A stretch of DNA of 64,000 nucleotides from Macrostomum hystrix (lineage: Eukaryota; Animalia; Platyhelminthes), in assembly GCA_950097015.1 (NCBI GenBank), contig CATNEN010000005.1:4340001-4404000 (forward strand), written 5' to 3'. This document shows, piece by piece, positions 1 through 13,000 of the stretch (positions within the stretch are counted from its first letter, which is position 1; every line of letters begins with the position of its first letter). The notes under the pieces are model-generated. The model was not told the DNA's origin, ran no database searches, and saw only the letters and a program-made list of their open reading frames with translations. The position numbers and the translations under genes are program-made.

Positions 1-1025
1 ACCTCCTCTGCTTCTTTATTAGCCACCTCGAGTTCCTTCTCTTTAACTACGAGCTCTTCGCTGAGAATCTTCACAGACTCTTGAGCCTCCAGCAGTTTCT
101 CCAGACCGCTGTCCATTCTTCCGGCGAGTCCCTGGAAAAACTGCAGCTTTTCTTCGTAGATCTTCTTGTAGCCCTGCAGGAAGCTGAGGTAGGACTTAGG
201 CGTCACGTGAGTGCTGCGCCTGTAGCGATTGAAATACTCGGAGCAGCTCTCAGCAACTCCGTCGTGCACAACACCCATGGTTTGGATGAGGTCCTGCTTC
301 ACGACATCGGAGCAAACCATGGGGAATTTTGACAAGAAGTGATCCGCCACTGCCACCAGGGCATCGCGAGGCCAGCGCTGGAACCAGTCCATGGTGCAGC
401 CGGAAATTAGTGCTGGGAACTTCAGAGCGCGGCTGCGGAACTTCTCACCGACTGGAGAGAAGCACAGAACCACGTGCAAATTCTGCCGGGTCCTTGAGAG
501 GAAGTACTCCTGCAGGTTCTCGTTGGTTGGTGGACGCCTCGGGAACTCTTTCTTCATCACGCTGATCAACTCTTGACAGATTTCGTCCATTTCATCGCGC
601 GGAAACAGGTTGGAGACGACGCCTGAGGCGAGAACATTGTTGAGATACTCAAGGAAGCTCTCATCTTTGATCTCGTTATCGGTGAACACGAACGTGATTC
701 CCCTGCCCTGCTGACCAGCTGTCCGATAGAGGAACTTCAGATCCTCCATCAGATTTGAAACATTGTAGGATCTTGTGAGTGTGATTTGGAAGGTGTTATA
801 GCCGGCGATAAACGAGGCTAGCCTGGTCAGCGACTGTTTGCCAGATCCGCCGACGCCGACGAGCAGAGCGTTGCCACGCGGCGTGCTGATGATGCGCGAT
901 ATCTTCACCAGATGCGTCATGGCGTCCTGGAAGAACACAAGGTCCATACCGGCTCCGCGAATGTTCTCATTGTACTGGCCCATGAAATAGCGAAGGCGCT
1001 CTCCCAGAGACTCAAACGACGGGAT
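1..1025 (-). CDS. DNAH5: Dynein HC exon 12 (AAA4 to stalk start), truncated by the window edge
   Basis: Manual translation: IPSFESL...[20 protein letters not shown]...[20 protein letters not shown]...[11 protein letters not shown]...[12 protein letters not shown]. Confidence 0.95.
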   Translation of the reverse strand, partial: MPSFESLGERLRYFMGQYNENIRGAGMDLVFFQDAMTHLVKISRIISTPRGNALLVGVGGSGKQSLTRLASFIAGYNTFQITLTRSYNVSNLMEDLKFLYRTAGQQGRGITFVFTDNEIKDESFLEYLNNVLASGVVSNLFPRDEMDEICQELISVMKKEFPRRPPTNENLQEYFLSRTRQNLHVVLCFSPVGEKFRSRALKFPALISGCTMDWFQRWPRDALVAVADHFLSKFPMVCSDVVKQDLIQTMGVVHDGVAESCSEYFNRYRRSTHVTPKSYLSFLQGYKKIYEEKLQFFQGLAGRMDSGLEKLLEAQESVKILSEELVVKEKELEVANKEAEE

Positions 1026-4000
1026 CTGAAATGGAAATAGTAAAACGCTTGTACATGGTATGCCTCAATTACGAGTAATGGGTTTCATAAATAAGACTCG
1101 GCTAACTGGACTGTAAAGCTAATACATGACTAATGACAGATTAATGAGACAATTAATAAGACATACCGGCTCGTAGACGCGAGGCATCTCAAAGTCCGTG
1201 TCGTCGGGCTCTTCGCCAGTGGCCTCCGGGGCATCTCTGAAATGCAAAGTGCTTTTTGTATATGTTATCCCAAAGCCTCTTTTCTGTGGATAATTAGAAT
1301 GCCGATTTCCACACTTCCCTGGGGCGAGTTGACATTCAGTAAATTAGACAGCCTTGTTAATTGTGGGATAACTGCTAATGATTCTAATCGCATGATAAAA
1401 TATCATCGCTCCATTGTAATATGCAAGTGAATTGCTGAAGATATTGAAGCCAATCAGCGGCTGAAAGAACGTTTTCAGTAAAAAAGGCTTCAAGAAAATG
1501 AGCTCAGAAGGCTTTCAGCTAAGTCTGCCTTAATGGACAGGATAAGTATAGGCCGAATGATCTGAGAAGATTTCTCTGGGGACATTTCCGGATAAAAAAC
1601 TGGCCTTTCCTTCCGTCTGAAATTCATACCCAAATTTGGTCAATTCTCTGCCGATCGAAGCCTCAATTGTCCTTTAGGCGACCCCATTATACGGGCTAAT
1701 AGAGCTGGGCTGAATGCCATAAATTTTAATCAGCCTATGGATTGAATACTGGATAATGTCCCTTTCTTGCCTGAGAAAGTCCACAAAGAACGTAGTCGGC
1801 TCCACAAGCCTGCCAACCTCCTCGCCCATGTCCTCGACAATCACGCGGGACATTGTCTTTGTGAACCAGTTGACATCGTCGTAGGTTGTGAATCTGAAAA
1901 ATTTGTGTTCCCAATTTTTAATGAATCTCAGTTTAACTGATTAGAAATAAGGAGAAATGTTTTTTTCAGGTTCCTGTTCCTAACCGGTCAGAGATCACTC
2001 GGCAGCACTCGTGCTTCCACAGGCTGAACACTGTGTGGGCGTCTTTGATGACGTCACTGACAGTGTTGATCATGCCTTGCCAGATGCGGCTCAGATCGCG
2101 CAGGTTGAACACGTAGTGAAACTTTGCCGGTGTTGGCAGCATCTTGATCTTCGTCAGCTGCCACAGGCGTCTGGTCAGCGGCACAAGCCGGGCGATCAGT
2201 GTTCTCACCTCGGTGGTGAATCTGCGCTCCTGACAGTAATGTCCGCAGCCGATGACGCTGAAGATCTTGTCGATGCTAGGATTCGACGGCAGGGTGCAGT
2301 TGAAAATGTTGAACTGGCGCTTTAGCCGCTGAGGGATGTCGTTGCGGCCGCCGCCCGGGTGAATCATGGCGGCCATGAACTGCATGTCCACGAGTGTGGT
2401 GAAATCGCCCGGCTTCTCTAGATTGTAGAATCCGGAGTTCTCCATTAGCTGGCGAACAATCTCGTTGGCAATCTGATCGCCCCATTCGTTGATGACGGGC
2501 ATGTTGATATCGTCGATAAAGACGGTCATTTTCCGACCAGCTGGCGGTCCGAACGTGGATCCCATGCGCTTGTCAACGTAGCTCTCGATGGTGCGCTGAA
2601 ACATCATCGGGGTGGTGGCGCTGGAGAAGTTCAACGCCTTGTTCATGTGCTCCTCAGGGTTGAATCTGGCCAGGAATTTGTTGATGAGCACAGTCTTGGC
2701 TGTTCCCTGCTCGCCGATCAGCAACACCTGCTTCTCCTGCTTGTGGATGGTGTGGATTAGGAATTCAGTGCGCACGTTGTCAACGTTCGGTACGAGAATG
2801 GAGCCGTACTCGGGCGTGCTGTCTGTCGGATAGGCGAACTCTTCCACCTTCTCATCCCAGTGCTGCCAGGCGCCCGTCTCGCTAACGAGAAAGTCAAACA
2901 TCGTGTTGTCCGAGTCCGCAGGGTACACTGGCAGGTCTAGCTTGAGACCTCGCATGTGCTGCTCAAGCTTGTTCCTGTCCTCCCACTCGAGCAGAGCTCC
3001 AACTGACCACATTACGACAAAGACGTACACCCTCCGGTAGAACTCTGGTCGCATCGAGCCCTCTTTCTCCTCTCGTCGAGGAATCAGTCCTTCAAGCAAG
3101 TCGCAGCACTGGCGCACAATGAAGGCTTCTAGAACATTTATTTTGAAGGTCAGGAACTGTGTGGCGAACAGTAGGATGTCCGGAAACGAGCCTTCGAACA
3201 GTGGGAATAGTTGGTCGCGCTCGAGCGCCGGCCGTTTGAGCAACCAGCCGCTTAGCAGCGGGTTCCAGTTGAGGCCGGAGCTGGACATGTACACCATGCC
3301 GTTGCGGGACACGGTGGCAGGCGAAGCGTTGTCAATGTTGTGCACCTCGAAGATGATCTTGCAGTTGGGTGCCATGGGGATGCGGTCTCCGTTGGCCAGT
3401 GTGAGTGTCTTGTTATCGTCCAGCACAGAATTGAGGTTCTCAATCCAGATGGCATCGACGGGGCCGTCCAGCACCAGCCAGATGTGCTCGCCCTTCTTGG
3501 CCTTCAGGGTTCGACGCCACAGAGTGGAGAAAATGCCGTCAGTCCAGTCGTTGGTGGCAACGTCGAGCCGGCCGAACATCTGCGGCGCGGTGATGGCCTT
3601 GGGGTTCATCCGCAACTCCCTGTGCGGCTCGCCGCAGTCGGTCATTGCCTTCATCAGCGTGTGGATGCAGCAGGTCTTGCCAGCTCCAGACGGGCCCAGC
3701 GTCATCATGCCGTGACGAACCCGCTGCGTCTCGAACAGCTGGATGAGCTTCAGGTTCCAGGAGTCCCAGTTGATGATTTCGGCAGCTTGGACCTGCTGCG
3801 AAATTGCCGCCTCCAGCTGCGGGTAGCCGGCCTTGTCCAGCTGAATACCTGCGGATGGCAGCATCGAAGACTGGATGAGTAACTGCTGTTCTAACATTCT
3901 AGCTCATGCGAATAAATAAGTGCCAATCAAAGCCAAATTCATGTGCAGGAGTAAACAAAGCGAAAATTTAGGAGAAAATTTTTCCGAGGTTTGTTATTTT

Positions 4001-7000
4001 TTAACGAATATTTGAATTTGAATGAGGTGTTCGTTTATGGAAGATAAATTCTTCCATAGGAAATTCTAACTTTATTACTTAGAGTAGCAATAAAACAGAA
4101 GGACAGATAAAATCTTTTTTCTACATTTTTAATGCATCATGTAATGACGCAATGGTAATTTAGAATGCACCTCATAATAGACATTGATCGAATATCCGAC
4201 GTTTAACAGTTAATCAAATTTGCGGTTTAGAAAATCGGACAATGTAATTAACAACAATACGGTATAGTGCTCATATGAAATGCAAATCAAGAGTGTAAGA
4301 AATCAATTAAAGCTAGGGACAAGGGACACTGCACGCTGGACAAAGACACTTTTATTGACAAAATCTTTGATAATGTTTTAAAAGTGCTTCCTGCCCCTCT
4401 TACCCTTCATGAAAAGCTCTGAAAATACATTGACATTGAATTTCAATGAAGTTTTTATAAATTTATAATAAAAGAATACACTGCAAATTCGACACTCCAT
4501 CCTTCATATTTGAGATATTTTGAGATATTATCAGTTCTGAAAAAAATCATGCAGTTAAAAAAAGCTATTTTCACAGCTCAGAAAAAGAACTTAACACACA
4601 CTTCAATTAAGAACTATAAATGACACAGGTTCAATAAATTAAGAAGTTTTAGCTGCAATTAAAAAATGTCCTTACCTGGGAACAGGTCGTTAATGAGTGA
4701 CAGAAACAGCGGTTCGTCTTGGTCGACCAGTTTGGACAGGTTCATGTCCCGCAGCACCCGCATGACCGTTGTCTGCTCAGTGTCGTTAGGATTCGAGCGT
4801 TTAACAGCGCCCAGGGTTCGCAATACCGACAGAATGTTGCGCAAGCCAAAGTCGTAGTGAACCTGAAGACGGATGTTGACTTCAACTGAGTAAATTGAGC
4901 AGATCTGTTCAAACTTTTCCAAAATTTCAGTTACTAAAATAAGTTTTTATATAGAATCGAGCGATAAGTCACTGAGGTCCTGAACTCAAACCAGCGGCGG
5001 AGAAGATGCGGAGAGAAGGCTTCGGTGCTTGTGGCACAATTTACACCCATTGACAATGAGAAAGTCAGGTAGATGTACACACCTGTGAGTTTGTGCTTGG
5101 TTCAGGCGTCAACGAAATCCTCACTTACTGGCAGTTAATTTTTGCCTAATCGTTACCAGTGCCTTATTAGAAAGCTACACTTATTTCATAATAAAATATT
5201 TTTCATATAAGAAAAACTCCTTGAGAAGTACTCGTAGTAGTTTAATTTTAGTGACAAAATTCATGTCATTAATTTTAATAGTTTCACATCGGTTTCAATT
5301 CTCACCTGCTTCGTGAGCTGCTCCTCGCACAGCTTGTAAAGCGTGAAGAACTTTCTGGCCAGCACAACGTTGTCGATGAAGCCGACGGAAGCCAGCTTCA
5401 CTCGGATGATAATCTGCCTGTCTGGCACCATCATGGCCACGGTGCGGAAGTTGATCTTCAGGTTCTCGGGCAGCTCCTGACGTCCAGCATAGCCCGGGTT
5501 CATGGTCAGGAAGATGCCGAACTCCGGGTTCATCTCCACCAGGTCACCGTCGGTGAAGATGAACTGCTTCTTCCGCTCCTTCTTGCAGGTGAGCACAATG
5601 GCGATCTGCTGAGCCGCCACGGACAGCACCGGCAGCTCGATGCGGTTGAACTCGTCGAAGCAGCCCCAGCTGCCCGACTGCGCCAAGCCCTGGTGAGATT
5701 AGCGACACCAAATCGAAGTTGAGTTAGAACTAGTCGGGTTCAGATAAAAAAGTCAACAATCTGAAAAGTTCTCTTACCTTGTAGATGCGACCGAGACCGC
5801 GGAAGTCCATCTGGTCTGAGCAGTTGAACACTACGACGTACTTGCCCAGACAGCGGCCCATGTCCTTGGTGGTCTCTGTCTTGCCAGTACCAGCGGGTCC
5901 CGCCGGCGCGCCGCCCATCGACATTCCCAGGGCCTGCGACAGCGTGATGTAGCAGCGATCAGTCAGCGGCGTAATGACCAAACGCTCGGTGCAACCCAGG
6001 AACTCGTTCTGATAGTCGAAGTCCACATCCGTGATGCTAATCAGGCACTTGTCGGTGTCCTCAACAAAGTAGAAGCGAGTCTGCTTTAGCCACTCGAAGT
6101 CTGACGGCGACTTAATATGCAGTTTGCAAAGATCGTCAAAAATGTCACGCTGATGCACGTGAATTGTAATCAGCGTCTCGAATTTCGTTCGCTCGACCTT
6201 GCTGAGCTCTCGCGTTGTCTGCTGAATGAGCAGATTTAGCAAGTCCAAAAAGCCTTGGTTAGTGCTGGCCATGGCTTTTTTGTCAGACTTGGCAACATTC
6301 AAAGCTTCGGTTGAGTCTCGCGTCCAGATCAGCTGAATGCCAAGTAGGCCAATCTGCGCCGGGAACATGTCGAGGAACTCCAAGATCTGGAAATTCTGGT
6401 CGCTGATGGCCATGTAGGCCGTGCGGATCACGCCATGTAGAGAGCGCTGACTCTGCTGCATCAGCGTCATCAGCCAGACCTCGACGTTGCCCTCAGCTCT
6501 TACTGGCTTCTCCAGTTCAAGTTGCTCACCTTCGCTTGAGTAGCAGGTTGTAATGAGTTCGTACTGCTTCTCGTGGAACTTCACTGTCTTGATGTTGTCA
6601 AAGATGGAGAGCAGGTGAGCCTGAATTGTGTGGGGATCCGAGGCCTGACCCAGGATCTCCAGCAAGGCCGGGTCCGACACGAAGAAGAAGCGAGGGAACA
6701 GAAGGCGCTTCTTCTCCAGGTAGCCGGTGAGCGACTTCTGGCAGAGCTCGAGCTGCTCCAGTAGGTGCGGCAGCAGCTGTGCTAAAGTTTCGTCACCAAC
6801 GCAGCACTGGATGACGTTAGTTGTCTCATGGGCTCTGGTCATTATCTTGATCCAGCTCTTGTCAATGTTGCTGAATCGCTTCGCCTCTTTTGGTAGTTGC
6901 TTCGCAATGTCGCCTCCTACAAACACAGCCTCCAGGTACACCCACAGGTTCTGGACTGTCATCCACTGCTCGATGATTTCTGAGCTATTGGACAGATTGC

Positions 7001-10000
7001 TCACCCATTGTTGAATGAGCTTTTTAAACGGCGCATTGTAGCGATTGCTCAGCAGAGAGCTAAGTACCATAAGTGAGTCCTCCATAAAGCTGATGATTTC
7101 GCTAGTGTGGTCTCCGCGCAGAAGCAATTCACCTCGGTTCTTGAAGGTGCCGAACTTGAACTCGTGGCTGTTCCATTCGGCAATCACATTCTTTAGCTTG
7201 GCCTCGATATCCTTCTCCTTGCCAGCGCTGATGCAAATGTCTTCAATCTCCTCTTTGTGCTTGAGTAGAGGCGCTTCAAGAATGTTCCTAAGCGTAAATC
7301 CATCGCTTTCCACCTCGAAGTTGTGCTTGGTGAGGTCGGACATTCGCTGCCAGTGCCGGGGCTTCATTGCTTTGTTAGTCATCAGCTCCAGCAGTGGAAC
7401 CATTTCATTAAAGTCGTCGATGGTCTTGCTCAGATCTGCGTACGCTGGCCAGTCTTTCAGAGCCTTAGGCAGCTTGCGGCAGCGGTTCTGGAATTCCTGC
7501 AGCTCGCTGCTTATTTTCTCAATGTCCACCTCTGTGAACAGAATGTCATAGTAGCCATTGACGGTATTGATAACGTCATTGTACAGACTGTAAAGCTTTG
7601 TCAGCAGGTTGAGTTCTTTCTTGATCTTGTGCAGCTCGGGGTAGTCGCTGACTGACAAGCCAAACAGCTCCTCGCCGCCAGTGTAAGTGATGAACTTTCG
7701 GTGCAAATTGTCGAACCTGTTCTGGAAGATAACCAGCCGGTCCGAAGCCTCTCTGGGTGGCACTCCGGGCACCATGGGACCGCTGCTGCCATAGTCCGAG
7801 TAGAAATCTGTACAATCCTGCTTGAAGATGATCACCTCTTGAACCAGATTGTCCCTGAAGTCGGTCTGGATGGTGACCAGATGGTTCTGAACTTCGATAC
7901 CATGGGCACGGAGTTTCTCCCAAGTGTAGCGCAGTGTATCAACTCTCTCTGCCTCTTCTTTGGGCACTGGAAGTTCATGCTTAAGCAGCATGGCGTAGGA
8001 CTCCTCGATGGGTGAAATTCCCATGTCAATTCGGATCTCATTTTCGCGGATGTCCTTCAGAGCTGCCATGGCGATGCGAATGTCGTCTAGATCCTTGATT
8101 GGCCGACTTAGCTTCTTTTCAATGTCTTCCATGAATGCGAAAAACTCTTCCATCTCAGACTTGTACTTTAGATTGCAGGATCGTCCGAACATCAGTCGCC
8201 AGGCTTTGGTCTCGGTTGCGAGACCGAGTTTGAGCCGCTCTGTGAAAATAGCTATCGGTCCACAATCGTAGGATTGTGGCTCTGCATTGATCGTTTCTTC
8301 CTTCTGCTCAAACTCCAAGATCTTAGCCTCGTACTCTCCTAGGCGGGGCGACTGCTTGACGAATTCCTGCAGGGCCTCGTCGCGGTTCTGCTCCCAGATG
8401 TAACGATAGATGTAGAACCGCTCCATTGCGCTTAAAACGGCTTTCTTCTGGCTATTGATGGCTGCCGAGAGGAGCGAGGCTAACTTGGCCACTTCTTTGT
8501 TCTCGGAGACGCTCTTGTAGTAATTGTTGGCCTGCAGCTGGACGGCGTACTGAGAGGTAGCTTCGTCACTTTCTGTTCTGCCTCGATGGGAGCGGAACCC
8601 GGCCCGCGAGGTGGCCCCATCAGACTGGCCCGAGACGTCCGTGTGGGCCACACTGGCAGCGATGCTTGGCCTGCGCGCATCCGAGCGAGCGGTTGTCACC
8701 TCGCCGTCGAAATCAAAGTCGTCCTCGTCGTATTTGTACTTGTCTCGAGAAGTCTTACGCTCCTTGGACCACTGCGAGACTCCTTTGCTAACGTTGATGA
8801 TGCAGTGGCATGCCTTATTGACGCACTGCTGCACCTCCTCAGTGGTTGGGTGCATCGCCACTTGTGGAATGGCCAGCGTGGCGAAGCAACGGAAAAAGGG
8901 GCGCTGCGCGTTTGCCGCCTTATCGTACGAGATCAGCGTTGTAGCGGAAATTCTCTTTCGAAGCGCCTCCAGAGTGTTCTTGGTCACTTTGACAATGGCG
9001 TCCATATTTCGGTGATTGAAATGATTTAACAGCTCCATAGCAGCCTCCTCGATCTGCTCTTTCTCGTCCTTCTTCCTTCGTCCGCCCAATGGCGCTTGAC
9101 GCTCTCCAGCGCTTTCCACATCCCGCTGATGCTCTTCGGTCTCCTCCGCGCCGAGCTCAGACCTGTCATCATCATCTTGATCTTCACCAACCAGCATGTT
9201 GATGAGCTCGTTGACAGCCTCTTCGACATTGACACTCTTCACCTGCAGCAACTGGGCTCCCTTCTGACAGAGGCTTTGTGTGCGCTCAACGAAGGCATCA
9301 ATAGTCCAGGGCTCATTGTCGGGCAGCTCACACAGCGCTACATTGGCCATTTCTTCAAGCTCGCGGTCAATTCGAAACTCGCGCAGATCTTTGGCGCGAG
9401 CTAGCAGCAAATCAAGTTCACACATGTCGCGGCGAACAACGCGGATGTAGCCGTCGGTGGCAAGGCTCATCCAGTTCAGACTCGTCAGTCCCGGCTCCAG
9501 CGCTCGCTTGAGTCGTCCTAGCCTAGGACCCATCAGCGGTTCGTACTCCGGCGGAACAGTGCCCAGGAGACGGTGATAATCCTCAATCATCGAAGTCAGC
9601 TCATCGTAGTGCCTCTTTATTGTTGCCTGACGAGCCCTCAGGTGCTGCGCTGCCAGCGGGACGTCCATTCCTAAGCGAGCCATCAGCTCAGTTTCACGAA
9701 TGAGTGTCAGAATTTCCGGGTCCAGATTAACAAACAGTCGCTTCGACTCCGGATGTCGGACCAGCAGCGAGGCCTTGAGACCGTCCTGAGCAGTTTGCAC
9801 CTGCTTTATCCACGCCCTGTGGTAGAGCATCTCGAACGCTACAAGAGCTTCTGCTAGCTTGTTGTAGTTCTTTACCAGCTTCTTTCCGTCTGAGCTCTGT
9901 AGCAGTTGAGGCATCTTCTTGAATAGCACCATAGGCTCTTCGATTCGACGGAACAGTTGGCGGGCCCAGCAGATTTTGCCACCGATCGGAGGTAGGTCTC

Positions 10001-13000
10001 GCGCGATCGGCGGGTCGTCCTTATTCTTGTTGTAGATTCGCACGGCCGCCTCTAGCTCTTTGCCGTAGAACGCCAGAATCTTCTGATATTTCTCGTCGAT
10101 GCCCAGGCGAGGTATTTTCAGGCGCTCGAAACGCTTCAGCGTTTGGATGGCGCGCTGAGAGCTTGTGAGCTTCTCGAACCTGCTGTCCATGAAGGCTTGA
10201 ATGCTGCCCTGAATAGTAAAAATAGTAAGCACGGAGCGTAAATGTATGCGTCAGCAAAGTACAGTTTATTCACAAGAAACTTGTTTCTCCAAAAGCTTAC
10301 TTGCAGTTCCTGAATTTGTCTCTTAAAATCTTCAAAATCGTTGTCAAAGTCAGTTCTACGCTGATCCAAGAAGTCGTAGGGCTTCTTCTTTAGGCCGACC
10401 ACAATGACATTGAACTTGGCGGCCATCATTTCCATGCCCTCGATCTTGGAATCAGCCAAGTGGGCGAATAGCTCCATCGTCTGGAACATTTCAATGATCT
10501 TCTTTAGCCGACGGCAGAAGGTGTCGAACTTGCCAAAGATGTACATCTCGGAGAACTCAAATCGCTTCTCGCCTGGCATCTGCTCGAGCTTCTGCTTGGT
10601 TCTCTGGAAGCAGGCCTGATACTCTTCGTTGAGCCGGATGCAATCCTTAAGCCTGGAAATCACCTCGCCAGCTGGTTGCGACCAGATCGTCTCTGTGCCA
10701 CCGTGGCTAATGTAGCTCTTGCAGGCCGTTATCATCTGATTGGTCACCTTAACGAAGAGTGACGTCATTCGCTCGGAAGTGTTGTAGTAGCGCGAGATGC
10801 TGTGGATCATTCGGATGCCGTTGATCAGCTTGGGGATCATGTCCACCATCTTCACTGGGTCGCTGTGGTACAGTGGCATGCAGTGCTCGTCCAGAGTGTA
10901 CAGGAACTTCACGTTGTCCTTGGCCTCGTTGGCGTTATCTGTGATTCGTCGGTCCATCTCAAACCAGATCTGCAAAGACGATGGATTATTCTTCCCTTGC
11001 TACTGTTAGTAATATTCTTCTCGCTTGTTGCGCCTAAATTATGAATCGCATTCCAGTGTGAAATTGCTTCTTCTAACTTCTAAAAACTAACCTAGCAACT
11101 ATTTTGGTTGCTAGGTGAATTTCTATGCAGGAAATACTTTCCCCATGATGATGAGAATACTGAATGGGTTGGGCATTGACACAGAGAGATAAACTGGCGC
11201 GCATGCATCCAACTCTGGGGCGATCTGTACAGTCATGCTCCAAGAAGAACAGCTCCACAACCCCAAACACAATCGATACTCCAAAATACTCTTCTGCATG
11301 AGAATAGCCGCCAGCAGCAGTTGTCATGGAGGAGCTGTGGGGTGGCTACGTACCTGCGTACCCACGCTCTGAGCGACGCATTAAGTTTAGGATCTGCTGG
11401 ACGGAGGGAAGAGTTGGGCAAGAACAGCTGGGGGAGAGGTCTCAAAAACGCTGTCATGGCAACGCAACTGGCTCAGACTTCTGATTTCTTCTCCCATTTT
11501 TCATCGTGTTTAGTAGCTGCATTATGGCGCTGACTGGAAGCACTTTTAGCTCAAGAAGGGGACAATGGTATGAGTGCGCCGATTTGAAAATCACTTCTTT
11601 ATTAAGAGACGCTTTGGGGCGTAAAGAATTGCAGGATATCCTGGCATGTGACCAGCACAGCTACTTGTTCCATTTGGGATATTTGGGGATGAAAGAGAAG
11701 AATCCAAATGGCTTATTAGCAAAAAATCTAACTAACCTTCAAAGACTTTGACTTGGCGGCGTTTAGAACACCCAAGACCTGTTTGACGTCTGAAGATTTG
11801 AGTTGGTCCAGCAGATAATTGAACTTGGCCATGCGCCTCTTCCAGTATTCGAGCTCTGCGCGAGGTCCGACATTATCGGCCTCCCGACGAATTTGCTCAG
11901 TCTCGGCCAGGACCTGCTCGATCTGCTTCATCCAGCTGGCTGCGCATTCCTCAACGGCTGCCAGACTATCCGCCTGCGATGCAGCCTGGTTGATGTCCGT
12001 GAAGGTCTTCAGGCGCTTCAGATCGAAACCGGTGCAGGGTTTTAGAACCACGCGATCGTTGATAGTTTCTTGAGCGTCTGGGTGGAGCGGAAAGGCAAAG
12101 TAAAACTTGCGATCAGCATCTCATTTCAGTTTCTTGCAAATCCTAGCGAAAACGTCTGTCTGTTTTAGTTTCATCGAGGAGAACAGCGCTCGTATCGCGT
12201 CAATTGACGAAATTTGTCAATCTCAAGTACGAGTAATTATCTGCTACGGCCTGTCAATAGAATAGAATAATATTTACAAAATATGATCACCCCAGTTACT
12301 GTAAGCTGCGAATGTCTACTCAGCTTTTTCATCGTCTGGCAGGGTATTTAGGCCATTCGTGAGTGCATGAGTGTAAGTAGAACAGAGGTCCCAATTAAAA
12401 AATCTACTGCTTTAAGAATATTCACCAATCTACTTCATTTTCGACCAAAAACTTTTACTGATGACATCAAAACGACTCCTGGACAACCTAGACGATGTGT
12501 ACTCGTAGATGAAAAGTCTAAGCCAGGATGACTTAAAACATAATTAGCTACTCAAAGCTACTCACTATTGAGCATGTTGACGAAGTTCTCCAGCCCATTT
12601 AGAAACTGCTCTCTTGCGTGCTCCTGACACTCTAGCTGGCCCCAGCCACCACCTTGTAGTTCTCGAAGCTGCGGCACCAGCACGGTCGACAGGACCTGCT
12701 CGACTCCGCGCAGAATGCCATCGGACCCGTCGATGCTGAAGAAGGTGACATCGCGCGAGATGTTGGCCTCGGTGATCGCCTGCTGACTGTCGGCGCGCAT
12801 GAAGACGGCGCAGGGACCGCGGATGGGCGCTGAGCGACCGTCGGAGACGAAGATGCGCGGCTTTTGAGCACGAGTAGACTTGGTCCCCGGCTGGCCAATG
12901 CGGATCTGGTCAGCTGCTTTGAGTTGGAACGAGATACGTAATTGTAATACGTAATACGAGATTACGCTCGTAATTGTTCTATTACTCACTCTGAAAATAT

